Below, piece after piece: positions 10,246 through 19,440 of a stretch of DNA of 64,000 nt (its first letter is position 1; every line of letters begins with the position of its first letter). The notes beneath the pieces were generated by a model that saw nothing but the letters and a program-made list of their open reading frames with translations, did no database searches and was not told the DNA's origin. Both the position numbers and the translations under genes were made by a program. Origin of the DNA: an uncultured virus (IMG/VR IMGVR_UViG_3300031993_000052) (lineage: Duplodnaviria > Heunggongvirae > Uroviricota > Caudoviricetes); IMG/VR virus record IMGVR_UViG_3300031993_000052, positions 1-64,000 of that record. The stretch is one strand, 5' to 3'.

Positions 10246-11872
10246 ATGGCGGAATTTCGCAGGGTGGGGGAACTCTTGGCGTGAGATAGACTTTGAGAAG
10301 CAGAAGGGTCTGACATTGCTGTGCGGTCGCAACGGCGCAGGAAAGTCGAGCATTCCGAACCTGATTGTATATATGCTGTACGGTCAGGTTGACGGTTTCA
10401 CGCAGAAAAGCATCCCAAACAGGGTGAACAGGCATTTCGAGGGCGTCATAAGCATTGTCGCCGAAGGTCGTTCCGTCGTGATACGGAGGGGTCTTATGCC
10501 GAGTGTGTTTGCGGTGACTGTCGACGGCGAACCAATCGACACGGCAGGCAAGGCGAATGTGCAGGCGTATCTTGAAACGGAAATATACAAGACCCCGTAT
10601 AACATATTCAAGAACACCATCGCGCTTTCTATGGACACCTTCAAGTCGTTTGTGAAATTGTCGCCGTCTGAAAAGTGCGAACTCATAGACAGGATATTCG
10701 GGTATTCCATCATCAACACCGCCTCCGCGAAGGCAAGGGAGTGTGTGAAGGAAATCAAGTGCAGAATATCGGAAGGAGAGTCCTCGATAGAGGGGTACAA
10801 CACAACCGTGTCCGAAATGGAGCGACGCATATCCACTATGGTCAATCGCCAAAACGAGGCGAAAGACGAACCTGACGAGACCAATGCGTCCGACATTGAA
10901 GGTCTGATAACCGAAAGCGTGAGGGACTACAACAGCATTGAGGAAACGATAAGAACGCTTGAAGGTATGCGTTCCGACAATGCGATGAGCATTTCGGGTT
11001 TCCGTTCCGAACTCAAGCAGGTCGGGGACAAAATAAAACTTTTCGAGAGCGGCAAGTGCCCGCTTTGCGGTTCAGACCTCAACACACAGGAGCACATTGA
11101 ATACGCGAACACGCTGAAAGACGCTTCAAAAAACCTGACGGACAACATTATGAAATTCGGAAAGCGGGAAAAGAAGATTGGGGACAAACTCGACATTGCT
11201 GTTTCAAAGAAAAAGGATATTTGGGACAGGATAAACTCGTTGAGGATAGAGAAGGCGAAACTCGAATCAAGGCGAAAAGAACGCGATTTGGGGTATGAAG
11301 AGCAGATTTCCAACCTCCGTGCTATGTGCGACGAGATACACGCCAAAATCGCCCCGAAACAGTCCGAAATAGACAAGGACTGCAAGCGACTTGAAGTGAT
11401 GAACACAGTATGCGGCGTGTTTTCAAACGACGGTCTGAAGCAGTATATTTCGGACATCTATGTCCCTATGATAAACGGATATGTCGAGGGCGCCTGCACA
11501 CAACTTGGGATAAACTACAGGATTGTCTTTGACACAGGGTATGCGTGCTCTATCTGGTCGCTTGGCGAGGAGGTTCCCTACAGCACCCTTTCCACAGGCG
11601 AGCGGAAGAAGGTTGACATTGCCGTGACACTCGCTTTCCTGCAAATTGTCAAGAGCAGGGTGCCTGACATAAACATACTTTTCCTTGACGAGGTTCTGAC
11701 CAACATAGATGTGGAGTCCTGCAACGATATGCTCCGCATTTTCAAGAAGTTTGCAGACGACAACGGGTTGAGCATATACATAGTGCACCACGCGAACCTC
11801 GATTCCGTCTATGCCGACAATGTGGTGGAGATTGAAAAGAGGAACGGGTTCTCGAATTTTGTCGGTGAATGA
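10226..11872 (+). CDS. SbcC/Rad50-like recombination ATPase (T4 gp46-like)
   Basis: Walker A GRNGAGKS, central coiled coil with CPLC zinc hook, LSTGE signature, Walker B ILFLDE. Confidence 0.92.
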   Translation: MRILNVKWRNFAGWGNSWREIDFEKQKGLTLLCGRNGAGKSSIPNLIVYMLYGQVDGFTQKSIPNRVNRHFEGVISIVAEGRSVVIRRGLMPSVFAVTVDGEPIDTAGKANVQAYLETEIYKTPYNIFKNTIALSMDTFKSFVKLSPSEKCELIDRIFGYSIINTASAKARECVKEIKCRISEGESSIEGYNTTVSEMERRISTMVNRQNEAKDEPDETNASDIEGLITESVRDYNSIEETIRTLEGMRSDNAMSISGFRSELKQVGDKIKLFESGKCPLCGSDLNTQEHIEYANTLKDASKNLTDNIMKFGKREKKIGDKLDIAVSKKKDIWDRINSLRIEKAKLESRRKERDLGYEEQISNLRAMCDEIHAKIAPKQSEIDKDCKRLEVMNTVCGVFSNDGLKQYISDIYVPMINGYVEGACTQLGINYRIVFDTGYACSIWSLGEEVPYSTLSTGERKKVDIAVTLAFLQIVKSRVPDINILFLDEVLTNIDVESCNDMLRIFKKFADDNGLSIYIVHHANLDSVYADNVVEIEKRNGFSNFVGE

Positions 11873-11907
11873 GAATATAAATAATACATTCTAATATCCA
11901 TTCTGAT

Positions 11908-12132
11908 ATGATTAAAAAATTCTGCACGAAACACGGCATCGAATATCTTGGGGAATGTCCCGAATGCGCTTGCGATGCCGAACCGAAAGTTGAAACCAAA
12001 ACGGAAAGTGCGCCGAATAAAAAGGCATTGAAACCGAAAAGGAAAAACAAACCGAAAGGGCGTGATGTCTATACAGGTTCCTACGATGAGAAACTCAAGG
12101 CGCTGATGGACAAATGGAATCATAAAAACTGA
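11908..12132 (+). CDS. hypothetical protein (CxxH/CxxC)
   Basis: 74-aa in-operon ORF. Confidence 0.55.
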   Translation: MIKKFCTKHGIEYLGECPECACDAEPKVETKTESAPNKKALKPKRKNKPKGRDVYTGSYDEKLKALMDKWNHKN

Positions 12133-12270
12133 AGTATTTGTATTTTTGTAATTGCTTGATTTATCGTTCTTCGGAACATAAACCAACTCCCTGCCACGCA
12201 ACGCCCGCAAATTTCCACTCCCTTCGGGGAGTGGAAGGCAGGTCGCCTGAAAAACAAAACTGAAACAGAG

Positions 12271-12501
12271 ATGATACTGATAGAGAACAGGGAAAACAGG
12301 ACTCCGTATGTGGACGTGTACACCTACAATATGATTAAACGGTTCACTTTCAACGCCTGCACGGTAAAGAAGGATGTGGACGAGGGGGTATATGTCGTGA
12401 CCACAAGCGACAATGACTATTTTGTGGCGGCGTTCCCTGTGAAGGGGACTGCCTATATGCAGCAAACAAACGAAACAAGCGACAATATAACCTTCGTCTA
12501 A
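12271..12501 (+). CDS. hypothetical protein
   Basis: 76-aa ORF directly upstream of the Rep-like gene. Confidence 0.55.
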   Translation: MILIENRENRTPYVDVYTYNMIKRFTFNACTVKKDVDEGVYVVTTSDNDYFVAAFPVKGTAYMQQTNETSDNITFV

Positions 12502-12510
12502 TCCGTTTTT

Positions 12511-14490
12511 ATGGCAATACCGAGAAACATAATAATACCCAATGCGGAACGCAGCGACTACACCTGCCTTGTCCGTACGCAGAACGGTGTGTATGACAGA
12601 AAGGACATCCATACAAAGGTGTCCCGTGCGGACGGGAAGAAAACCACAGTCCTGATTGACGTGAACACAGGCGAAGTTCTGTACACAAGGAGCAGGAACC
12701 TTGTGTCCGAACAAAATTCCAAATTCCACATTTACTCCACCTGCACGGATTTCGCAAAAAGCAAGAACGTGCCCCGTGTGAAGGTGAAGTCGGAAGGCAG
12801 GCACATCATAGACCTGATAAAGGAACACAGGAACTATTTGCAGTGTTCCACAGGTTCGACACACAGGACAAGGGGAATCATCGCAGTCGACATAGACCGT
12901 ATGTGCGGATGCGGTGATATGGATTCCATAAGGCGCGAGATAGAGGAGAGGTTGTGTGTGTGCGGCGACTTGGGGGTGCCTATGCCGAGTTCATACCAAG
13001 TGCACAAGACAAACGGGCACGTCCAACTGTTTTGGGTGCTTGACAATGAAATCACGATAAACGAAGTGAAGACGGTCAATGTGGACTGCGGAGGCGAGAA
13101 GAAAGCGGCGTATTCATTCATAAAGAATGAAAATTGGGGGCGGTACATCAACGCTATGCGTTTCCTTTCCACTGTTCTCGGAGGCGACCCGCAGTTCACA
13201 GGATGGCAGATTAAGAATATGTTCTTCACGCCTGACGTGAACGAGATGGTGTTCTTCGGGGAGTTCTGCACGATTTGGAGGAACGGTGACTGTTGGACTG
13301 AAACGGAACCAACCAAAGTGGAAACCTGCACCTTTGAAAGCATAGACTCGGTTGTGGATGTGTTTATGACAAACCCGTCGGACGAACTTTTGGACAACCT
13401 GATGGAGATTGTGTCAAAGCACGGCGGTTCAAGGGACTCGGTTGTTTTCGGTCTGAAAATGTGCAGCGGTTTCAGGATGAGCGCGGACGCAAAGTCTTTC
13501 TACAATGTCAGCGAAAGCGACGTGGATGAGTCCTGTGACGCAAATTTCAGGGTTGACGCCGAAATGGTCAATATGGGTCGCAACCAATTCGTGAGAATGA
13601 AAACGCTTGAGGTGATACGGAGAAAACAAGGGAAGGTCTCAAGGGAGTGGTGCTACGCTGTCGTCAAAAGGGAATTTGACAAGGCGGTCAGGGACGGTAT
13701 AATCAAGGGAACCTTCGACCACGAGAGGGAATATACGGAGTCCGATTTCGACAGGGATTTCGACAGCACCTATGACTACGGGGTGAACAACTACAAGAGT
13801 ATGCAGTGGAGCGATGAACAGCGTGACACCGCCGCAAAGACAAACCGCTCTAAAAAGACAAGGAAACTCGCGCTTTTGATTGGCATACTTGAGGAACATC
13901 CGAACCTTATACGCAACACGGCGAAAAACAACAGGGAAATCATAGATATTTTCAAGGAATTGTATGACATTGAGATAAAGACAGTCAACACCGTTTCCAA
14001 TTACAAGCGCGAACTTAAACTGAAGGACAAGCAGAAAAAAGTCGGCAAGCGTAACTACCGTTCAATCGCCAAACGCAGCGAATCTTCCGAAGAGTATTAC
14101 GAAAGCGTGAAGAATGTATATGACAGACTCCTCGATTTCGGTTTTTTCGGTGATGTCGCGGGACGCGACACTTGGAAAAGGCGTGTCAGCAGCATAGGCG
14201 GAAACGATGTTTACAGGATTTACAGGGAAAGTTACAGTTTTTCATACAACAAATGTTTATATGAACCGAAAGGAATACTTGAAACACCAAGATATACTTG
14301 GAGTAGCGAAACATATATGTTTTCCTCAATGGGATGTTGGAACAAAGAGCGTTTCGACGGACGAGACGCTTGCGGGGATTTACAGGGAGAGATGCCAAAA
14401 CACTCCCCTGCACCACCTCTATCCGAAAGGGACGACCTATGTGGGTGTCCCAGCCAACGACCACCACTTCACGACGGCGTACCATTATGA
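12511..14490 (+). CDS. plasmid-type replication initiator/primase (Replicase + PriCT-like + basic C-terminus; ColE2/pAL5000 RepA-like)
   Basis: IIAVDID; PMPSS..VHKTNGHVQLFWVL; LGGDPQFTGWQIKN; GRNQF: the motif order of the Replicase family. The 3' end overlaps the next gene. Confidence 0.6.
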   Translation: MAIPRNIIIPNAERSDYTCLVRTQNGVYDRKDIHTKVSRADGKKTTVLIDVNTGEVLYTRSRNLVSEQNSKFHIYSTCTDFAKSKNVPRVKVKSEGRHIIDLIKEHRNYLQCSTGSTHRTRGIIAVDIDRMCGCGDMDSIRREIEERLCVCGDLGVPMPSSYQVHKTNGHVQLFWVLDNEITINEVKTVNVDCGGEKKAAYSFIKNENWGRYINAMRFLSTVLGGDPQFTGWQIKNMFFTPDVNEMVFFGEFCTIWRNGDCWTETEPTKVETCTFESIDSVVDVFMTNPSDELLDNLMEIVSKHGGSRDSVVFGLKMCSGFRMSADAKSFYNVSESDVDESCDANFRVDAEMVNMGRNQFVRMKTLEVIRRKQGKVSREWCYAVVKREFDKAVRDGIIKGTFDHEREYTESDFDRDFDSTYDYGVNNYKSMQWSDEQRDTAAKTNRSKKTRKLALLIGILEEHPNLIRNTAKNNREIIDIFKELYDIEIKTVNTVSNYKRELKLKDKQKKVGKRNYRSIAKRSESSEEYYESVKNVYDRLLDFGFFGDVAGRDTWKRRVSSIGGNDVYRIYRESYSFSYNKCLYEPKGILETPRYTWSSETYMFSSMGCWNKERFDGRDACGDLQGEMPKHSPAPPLSERDDLCGCPSQRPPLHDGVPL

Positions 14491-15049
14491 CTATGTGATA
14501 CCTGTCATACTCGACCTTTTCGGGATGAAGTTCGATAGGAGTGACTATGAACTTACTTCCTATCTGTTGAGGTATCCGACAAGCGAACATCCTGACACGC
14601 TTCACGATTTTTCATATCTGAAACCGAAGTTCGAGACCTCATACCACCTGTTTGACTACTTGGCGCAAAAAGGCAAGGATATGAACACACTGTTCAGGGA
14701 GTACGGGGACTATGACTGCGTGTATGACAAGAATTTCGGAGACACGGAATACCACCGCTTCCTGTATTGCGCCCACAGCGTCGCGAAGATAACCAACAAC
14801 AATCTTCCATACGGCAAAGACCTCATCGTTTCCTGCGACTCGCAGATGGTGCCCGCCATACCGATTCTGATAAATTATTTCAGGAGCATAACTATGCTCG
14901 ACAACAGGTATGGAAAAGACATACGCAGCGTTTGGTTGGACGAACATTATGACTGCGCCCTGTTCGCCCATTTCTCGATGGAAAACGCAAACGAGTGGAG
15001 GTTCAACTGCAAGATGTTTTGGAATTTCGGCATTGATGTGTATTTCTGA
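14261..15049 (+). CDS. DHHW/AlgX-AlgJ-like SGNH-fold protein
   Basis: NDHHFTT (DHHW-like) and C-terminal KDLIVSCDSQ..AIPIL..YF..ITMLDNRY; ATG at 14261 chosen as start. Confidence 0.5.
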   Translation: MNRKEYLKHQDILGVAKHICFPQWDVGTKSVSTDETLAGIYRERCQNTPLHHLYPKGTTYVGVPANDHHFTTAYHYDYVIPVILDLFGMKFDRSDYELTSYLLRYPTSEHPDTLHDFSYLKPKFETSYHLFDYLAQKGKDMNTLFREYGDYDCVYDKNFGDTEYHRFLYCAHSVAKITNNNLPYGKDLIVSCDSQMVPAIPILINYFRSITMLDNRYGKDIRSVWLDEHYDCALFAHFSMENANEWRFNCKMFWNFGIDVYF

Positions 15050-15123
15050 TTTCCGCATTTTTTTCAACTGCCTGTCAAAAAGTACATCTTTTTTGTTATA
15101 TTAAATGAAACGGAAGTACATTT

Positions 15124-15702
15124 ATGGCGACAAAATGCAACATAGTTATTGAAAGAGGCGACGAAACCGCATACCTGTACCATCATTACGACGGTATGCC
15201 GGAGCGCGTGGGTGCGGAACTCGAAAAGTTCCTCGCACAGACATCCAACAGTCAGATGACGCCGAACAGCGTGTACAAGGGATTACGCTATCTTTACGGA
15301 GACGGGTATGAGTTGACCGACGGAATACACGGGGACATCGAGTACCTGTACACAATAAAGATAGAACCTTCTCTGCAAGAAGTGCTGTTGAGGTGTGACG
15401 AGGTTTCGGTTGATTGGACTTCTATGTCTATGTTTCACGCAAACAACACTTGGGTAAAGAAGTACGAGCGTGTGTTCCCGTTCGTCGACAGGAAGTCAAA
15501 CAACGGGATGTACACCAAAGGTGATTTGAAGGATATGCGTGTCAGGTTGAGGTGCGACATTGAAGTTCCTGTCGTCGGCAGTGCGGTTTACAACGAGTGC
15601 CCCGACGAGATTGCGATTGATGAGAAGCGTTTGAAACGTATGCTGATTGACGCGTTTTCAGGGGAAATCATTGCGAACACAAAAATAGAAATAAAAAAAT
15701 AG
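15124..15702 (+). CDS. hypothetical protein
   Basis: 192 aa after a promoter motif; Y.H.DG.P..VG / HGDIEYLY motifs typical of small phage proteins. Confidence 0.7.
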   Translation: MATKCNIVIERGDETAYLYHHYDGMPERVGAELEKFLAQTSNSQMTPNSVYKGLRYLYGDGYELTDGIHGDIEYLYTIKIEPSLQEVLLRCDEVSVDWTSMSMFHANNTWVKKYERVFPFVDRKSNNGMYTKGDLKDMRVRLRCDIEVPVVGSAVYNECPDEIAIDEKRLKRMLIDAFSGEIIANTKIEIKK

Positions 15703-15706
15703 GAGT

Positions 15707-16033
15707 ATGAATAAACCAGTTTGGATTAAATTCGGTGTGGAGAATGAAACCCACACAATCAATCTCGACAATGTTATAGACATAAGGTTCGAGAAAAACA
15801 CAGACAAGGATTCTTCTGTGGAGATACGATATGCGGACAGAACATACACCATTTTCAAGGGCGGTGTAAACGCGATGGAAGCGTTTTACAACAAGGTTGT
15901 CAACGGAGTCAGTATGGTGTGTTCTTTCTATGACTGCGACAACAATCCGCAGGTGAACGGAAAACTTCCAAACCTCGACCAATGTGTTTTGATTACTGAA
16001 AACGAGGAAAATAAAACAATAACAAAATTATAA
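15707..16033 (+). CDS. hypothetical protein
   Basis: 108 aa, tightly packed in operon. Confidence 0.65.
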   Translation: MNKPVWIKFGVENETHTINLDNVIDIRFEKNTDKDSSVEIRYADRTYTIFKGGVNAMEAFYNKVVNGVSMVCSFYDCDNNPQVNGKLPNLDQCVLITENEENKTITKL

Positions 16034-16038
16034 GCGAT

Positions 16039-16386
16039 ATGAAAACCTATAAGTACATTGTGAACGAGAAAAAGCGCACCGTGGTGTGCCTTCTCACTGT
16101 TACGAAAAAAGACGACGGCATTGAAAACACCGAACTTTACCGTGGCATTGCCAAATGCAACCCAGATGACACATTTGACGAAGAGGCGGGCAAGACGCTT
16201 GCAAGACGCAGGGCGATTCTTTCGGAATGCGAGTATGAACTCAACAAACTCGATTGGCGTTGGACTGACGAGGAAATCGAGAACTACCTGACTACGGTCA
16301 CACGGGCAAAGAACTGCAAGCAATATCTCCGCCGCAAGATTCACGAGTTGAAAGTGGAGATAAACAAAACAGTCCGTCCTGAATAA
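16039..16386 (+). CDS. hypothetical phage protein
   Basis: 115 aa; GIAKCNPDDTFDEEAGKTLA..RA motif. Confidence 0.7.
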   Translation: MKTYKYIVNEKKRTVVCLLTVTKKDDGIENTELYRGIAKCNPDDTFDEEAGKTLARRRAILSECEYELNKLDWRWTDEEIENYLTTVTRAKNCKQYLRRKIHELKVEINKTVRPE

Positions 16387-16404
16387 TATATCACCGATAT
16401 ATCA

Positions 16405-16581
16405 ATGAACTCCAATGACGATGAAAACAAACCGAAAGAACAGGACGACAGACCGACAGAACAGGACGGCAGACCGATAGTCCACAAGTGGAAACCCTGC
16501 GACGGGTTTTGTTGGGACTGCGAGCGGCGCACTTGGTGTTGGGCGTCCTGTACCGGGGAGCAGAATGAGTTCGGAAATTAA
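16405..16581 (+). CDS. small Cys-rich protein (58 aa; below ORF-track cutoff)
   Basis: MNSNDDENKPKEQDDRPTEQDGRPIVHKWKPCDGFCWDCERRTWCWASCTGEQNEFGN fills the gap between two genes. Confidence 0.5.
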   Translation: MNSNDDENKPKEQDDRPTEQDGRPIVHKWKPCDGFCWDCERRTWCWASCTGEQNEFGN

Positions 16582-16592
16582 AACAGAAAACA

Positions 16593-17129
16593 ATGAGTCT
16601 TGATTTGTACATAAAGAAAAAAACTCCAATCATAAAGAGTGGAACAGGGGTGTATGCCCGTGAGAACGGGCGGATGTTTGAACTGAAGACCGTAAACGAG
16701 GTTATGTCGAGGTTTCCGAACACCGACCCCTCCTCTATAAAGGTTGAGGAATACGAAACCGATGAGTATTTTCACACGAACCTGACGCACAATCTGTGCG
16801 AGATGGCAGACCATATACCAGTCGGCGGGAATTTCACGGCGTACCATCTGCTGTGGCATCCTGAAAAGATATACGGCGACCCCGATGTGAAAAAGCGCAA
16901 TGAGGAATGGGACTACACTGAAGAGGGATGGCATTTGCGCGAGGATTATGTTTCACGGGTTGAGGAGGCGATGAAGTATGCGATGAAGCACGAAAAAATG
17001 CTGTCGAAGTACAACCCAGACAACGGTTGGGGGAGTTATGAACAGTTGAGGAACGCATTGTGTGAACTGTTCCAAGAGTTATACCCGATAGAAGATATGG
17101 ACGAATACTACATCGTGGCAAGCGTGTAA
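16593..17129 (+). CDS. hypothetical phage protein
   Basis: 178 aa; MSLDLY...NLTHNL..MA...YNPDNGWGSY motifs. Confidence 0.7.
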   Translation: MSLDLYIKKKTPIIKSGTGVYARENGRMFELKTVNEVMSRFPNTDPSSIKVEEYETDEYFHTNLTHNLCEMADHIPVGGNFTAYHLLWHPEKIYGDPDVKKRNEEWDYTEEGWHLREDYVSRVEEAMKYAMKHEKMLSKYNPDNGWGSYEQLRNALCELFQELYPIEDMDEYYIVASV

Positions 17130-17132
17130 CTG

Positions 17133-18104
17133 ATGAGCAGTATAGAACTTTTGAAAAAGATAATCGGATTCGACAAGGATTGGTGTTACCAATACCAACG
17201 CAGGATTGACACTTTGGCACAGGACAAGGTGCGGTATGGTTGGGACGACGAGTACATTAGGAACATAAAGTTGTCCGACTTTGAGTTTATGCCTCTTGAG
17301 AGTGCCGCAGAAAAGGCGTCCGCCACAGAGTTCATAAAACGCTATGAATGGTTGGGCACGGTCGGCAGTTATCCGACACATTGGTTCGGTGCCAAATACA
17401 AAGGGATTCTCGGAGGCGTTGTCATAATGTCTATGCCGAACTCGTTCAGCACGCTGCTCGGTGAAAGGACGAGGAAAATCGAACGCCTCATATCAAGGGG
17501 CGCGAGTGCAAGTTGGACTCCGTTCAACCTCGGAAGCAAGTTCCTTATGTGGTGCATAAGATATATGGTCGACAACACCGACTACAGACTTTTCACCTGT
17601 TACAGCGACACGCAGGCGAAGGAGAAGGGTTCCATCTACCAAGCGCTTAATTTCTATTATCTCGGAAAGGACAGCGGGGCGTCTGTAAGGTGCGTAAACC
17701 CCTACAACCCGTCGAAGATAGTCACCGACAGAGCGTTCAGGGCGAGGAGTTTCTATAAGAGATATGCGAAGGACTTGGGTATTGTGTGGCAGAAGAATTG
17801 GAACAACGACCAAAGGATGCTGTGGGAGAATGTGCCCGACGACATAGAGAGAAAACTGCGAGAGTATTCAAAGGATATGTATGAGAAATCGGTGAAGTTG
17901 AAGTTTCCTCCGAAGCACAAATACGCATTTGTTCTCGGACGGGACAAACGCGAGACCAATGCCCTGCGGAGAGAGTTTCTTGAGCGCAACAAGGTGTATG
18001 AATACCCGAAGGAAAGGGTTGTGGACAATGTGGAGTTCGACAATGAATACAACGAGATTATATCAGAGAGCGACAAGTATGACAAGTCGCACAGACTGTT
18101 TTGA
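17133..18104 (+). CDS. Mom-like GNAT-fold DNA modification protein
   Basis: FI.RYEWLG...FG....GILGGVV...SRG...P.NLGSKFL...YSD....KGSIYQALNFYYLG matches the Mom-family pattern. Confidence 0.6.
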   Translation: MSSIELLKKIIGFDKDWCYQYQRRIDTLAQDKVRYGWDDEYIRNIKLSDFEFMPLESAAEKASATEFIKRYEWLGTVGSYPTHWFGAKYKGILGGVVIMSMPNSFSTLLGERTRKIERLISRGASASWTPFNLGSKFLMWCIRYMVDNTDYRLFTCYSDTQAKEKGSIYQALNFYYLGKDSGASVRCVNPYNPSKIVTDRAFRARSFYKRYAKDLGIVWQKNWNNDQRMLWENVPDDIERKLREYSKDMYEKSVKLKFPPKHKYAFVLGRDKRETNALRREFLERNKVYEYPKERVVDNVEFDNEYNEIISESDKYDKSHRLF

Positions 18105-18118
18105 AAAACAAAAGCGAT

Positions 18119-19438
18119 ATGAACAAAGACCTTGAGAAAAAAATAAGAGACAAAATAGAGGAGTTGAATGCAACCTACACCAAGTACCACAACTGGGAGC
18201 AGGGAACCAAGATTATGATTAACTCGTTCTACGGCGGACTTGGCAACCAATATATGTATTTCTTCAACCCCGACCTTGCGGAGTGCATCACGAAGCAGGG
18301 AAAGAACGCAATCCTGTATGCGGAGAGTCATATCAACGATTACTTCCTGAATGAATGGCACAAGGACGTCGAGGTTCACAAAAGACTTGGCGTCACCGTA
18401 CACTGCCCTGTGAAAAAGCAGGTGACTGTATACATTGACACCGATTCGGTGTATTCCCAACTTGAGGAGGTCATAGCGACGACCGATTGGGGGATAGGCG
18501 ACAACCCGAATTGGAAAATCACAATCAAGAAAAAGGGGGAGAAAGACCCCTATATAACCAATTTCTGCGGAAAGAAGTCGAGGGAATATGTGGAGGATTA
18601 TTTTAACGTGAGAGACGACGATGTTGAGTTTTACAACATAGAACTTGTAAGGGGTGAGGCGAAGGACTTTGCCATCAGACTCGACGACGTGTTCTTGTCT
18701 GATTATTTCAAGAGGATTTTTGACAGTTATGCCGCCGCCATAAACGGAAAGAACTATCTCAACTTCGAGTTGGAGACTTATTCCGACGCAGGCATTTGGT
18801 TGTCAAAAAAGAAATACATACAGAATGTTCGGTGGACTGACAATATGCCGAGGCACGACATTCTCGACAATTTTTCAAAAATCAAGTCGAAGGGAGTCGA
18901 GTTGATACAGGCGTCGAGTCCCGCGTTCGCAAGGGAGAAACTCGCGGAAATCGTGAAATGGATTTTCGAGCACAACGGACTTGACGGGAATATGAAGGCG
19001 TTGTCGCTTGAGTTGAAGAACATAAAGCGTGTTATGAAAGGCGCCCCGATAGATTCAATCTGTTGGAACAAGAAAGCGACGGGTTATATGGAATGGGTGC
19101 TTGACGACACGAAGGAGTTTGTTATGAAGAAAGGCGCCCCCGCCACCACCAAAGGTATCGCATATTACAACTATATGCTCTACCACTATCCGGAGTTCAA
19201 GTCACGTTTCAACCGACTGACGGAGGGTAGCAAATGCAAGTATTATTACTGCAAGGGGAAGACCTGCGACTTCTTTGCCTTTGAACCCGGCAACTATCCT
19301 ATGCCGTTTGCACCTGAAGTCGACATCGACGTGATGTTCGAGAAAATCATCCTCGCTCCGTTGAACAGAATCATAGAGGCGCTCGGTCACAGACCGTTTG
19401 ACAAAGACCTCGTTGTTATAGACTCAAAACTTTTTTAA
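18119..19438 (+). CDS. family B DNA polymerase, C-terminal subunit (motifs B and C, thumb)
   Basis: KIMINSFYGGLGN (motif B), ITKQG, YIDTDS (motif C), KKKYI, KGVELI. Confidence 0.9.
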   Translation: MNKDLEKKIRDKIEELNATYTKYHNWEQGTKIMINSFYGGLGNQYMYFFNPDLAECITKQGKNAILYAESHINDYFLNEWHKDVEVHKRLGVTVHCPVKKQVTVYIDTDSVYSQLEEVIATTDWGIGDNPNWKITIKKKGEKDPYITNFCGKKSREYVEDYFNVRDDDVEFYNIELVRGEAKDFAIRLDDVFLSDYFKRIFDSYAAAINGKNYLNFELETYSDAGIWLSKKKYIQNVRWTDNMPRHDILDNFSKIKSKGVELIQASSPAFAREKLAEIVKWIFEHNGLDGNMKALSLELKNIKRVMKGAPIDSICWNKKATGYMEWVLDDTKEFVMKKGAPATTKGIAYYNYMLYHYPEFKSRFNRLTEGSKCKYYYCKGKTCDFFAFEPGNYPMPFAPEVDIDVMFEKIILAPLNRIIEALGHRPFDKDLVVIDSKLF

Positions 19439-19440
19439 TT

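Noticed and set aside
12213..12238. Strong UUCG hairpin TTCCACTCCC-TTCG-GGGAGTGGAA as an ncRNA
   Set aside because: A single hairpin without a U-tract or a second copy; it could be an mRNA stabiliser or processing site, with too little evidence to call.
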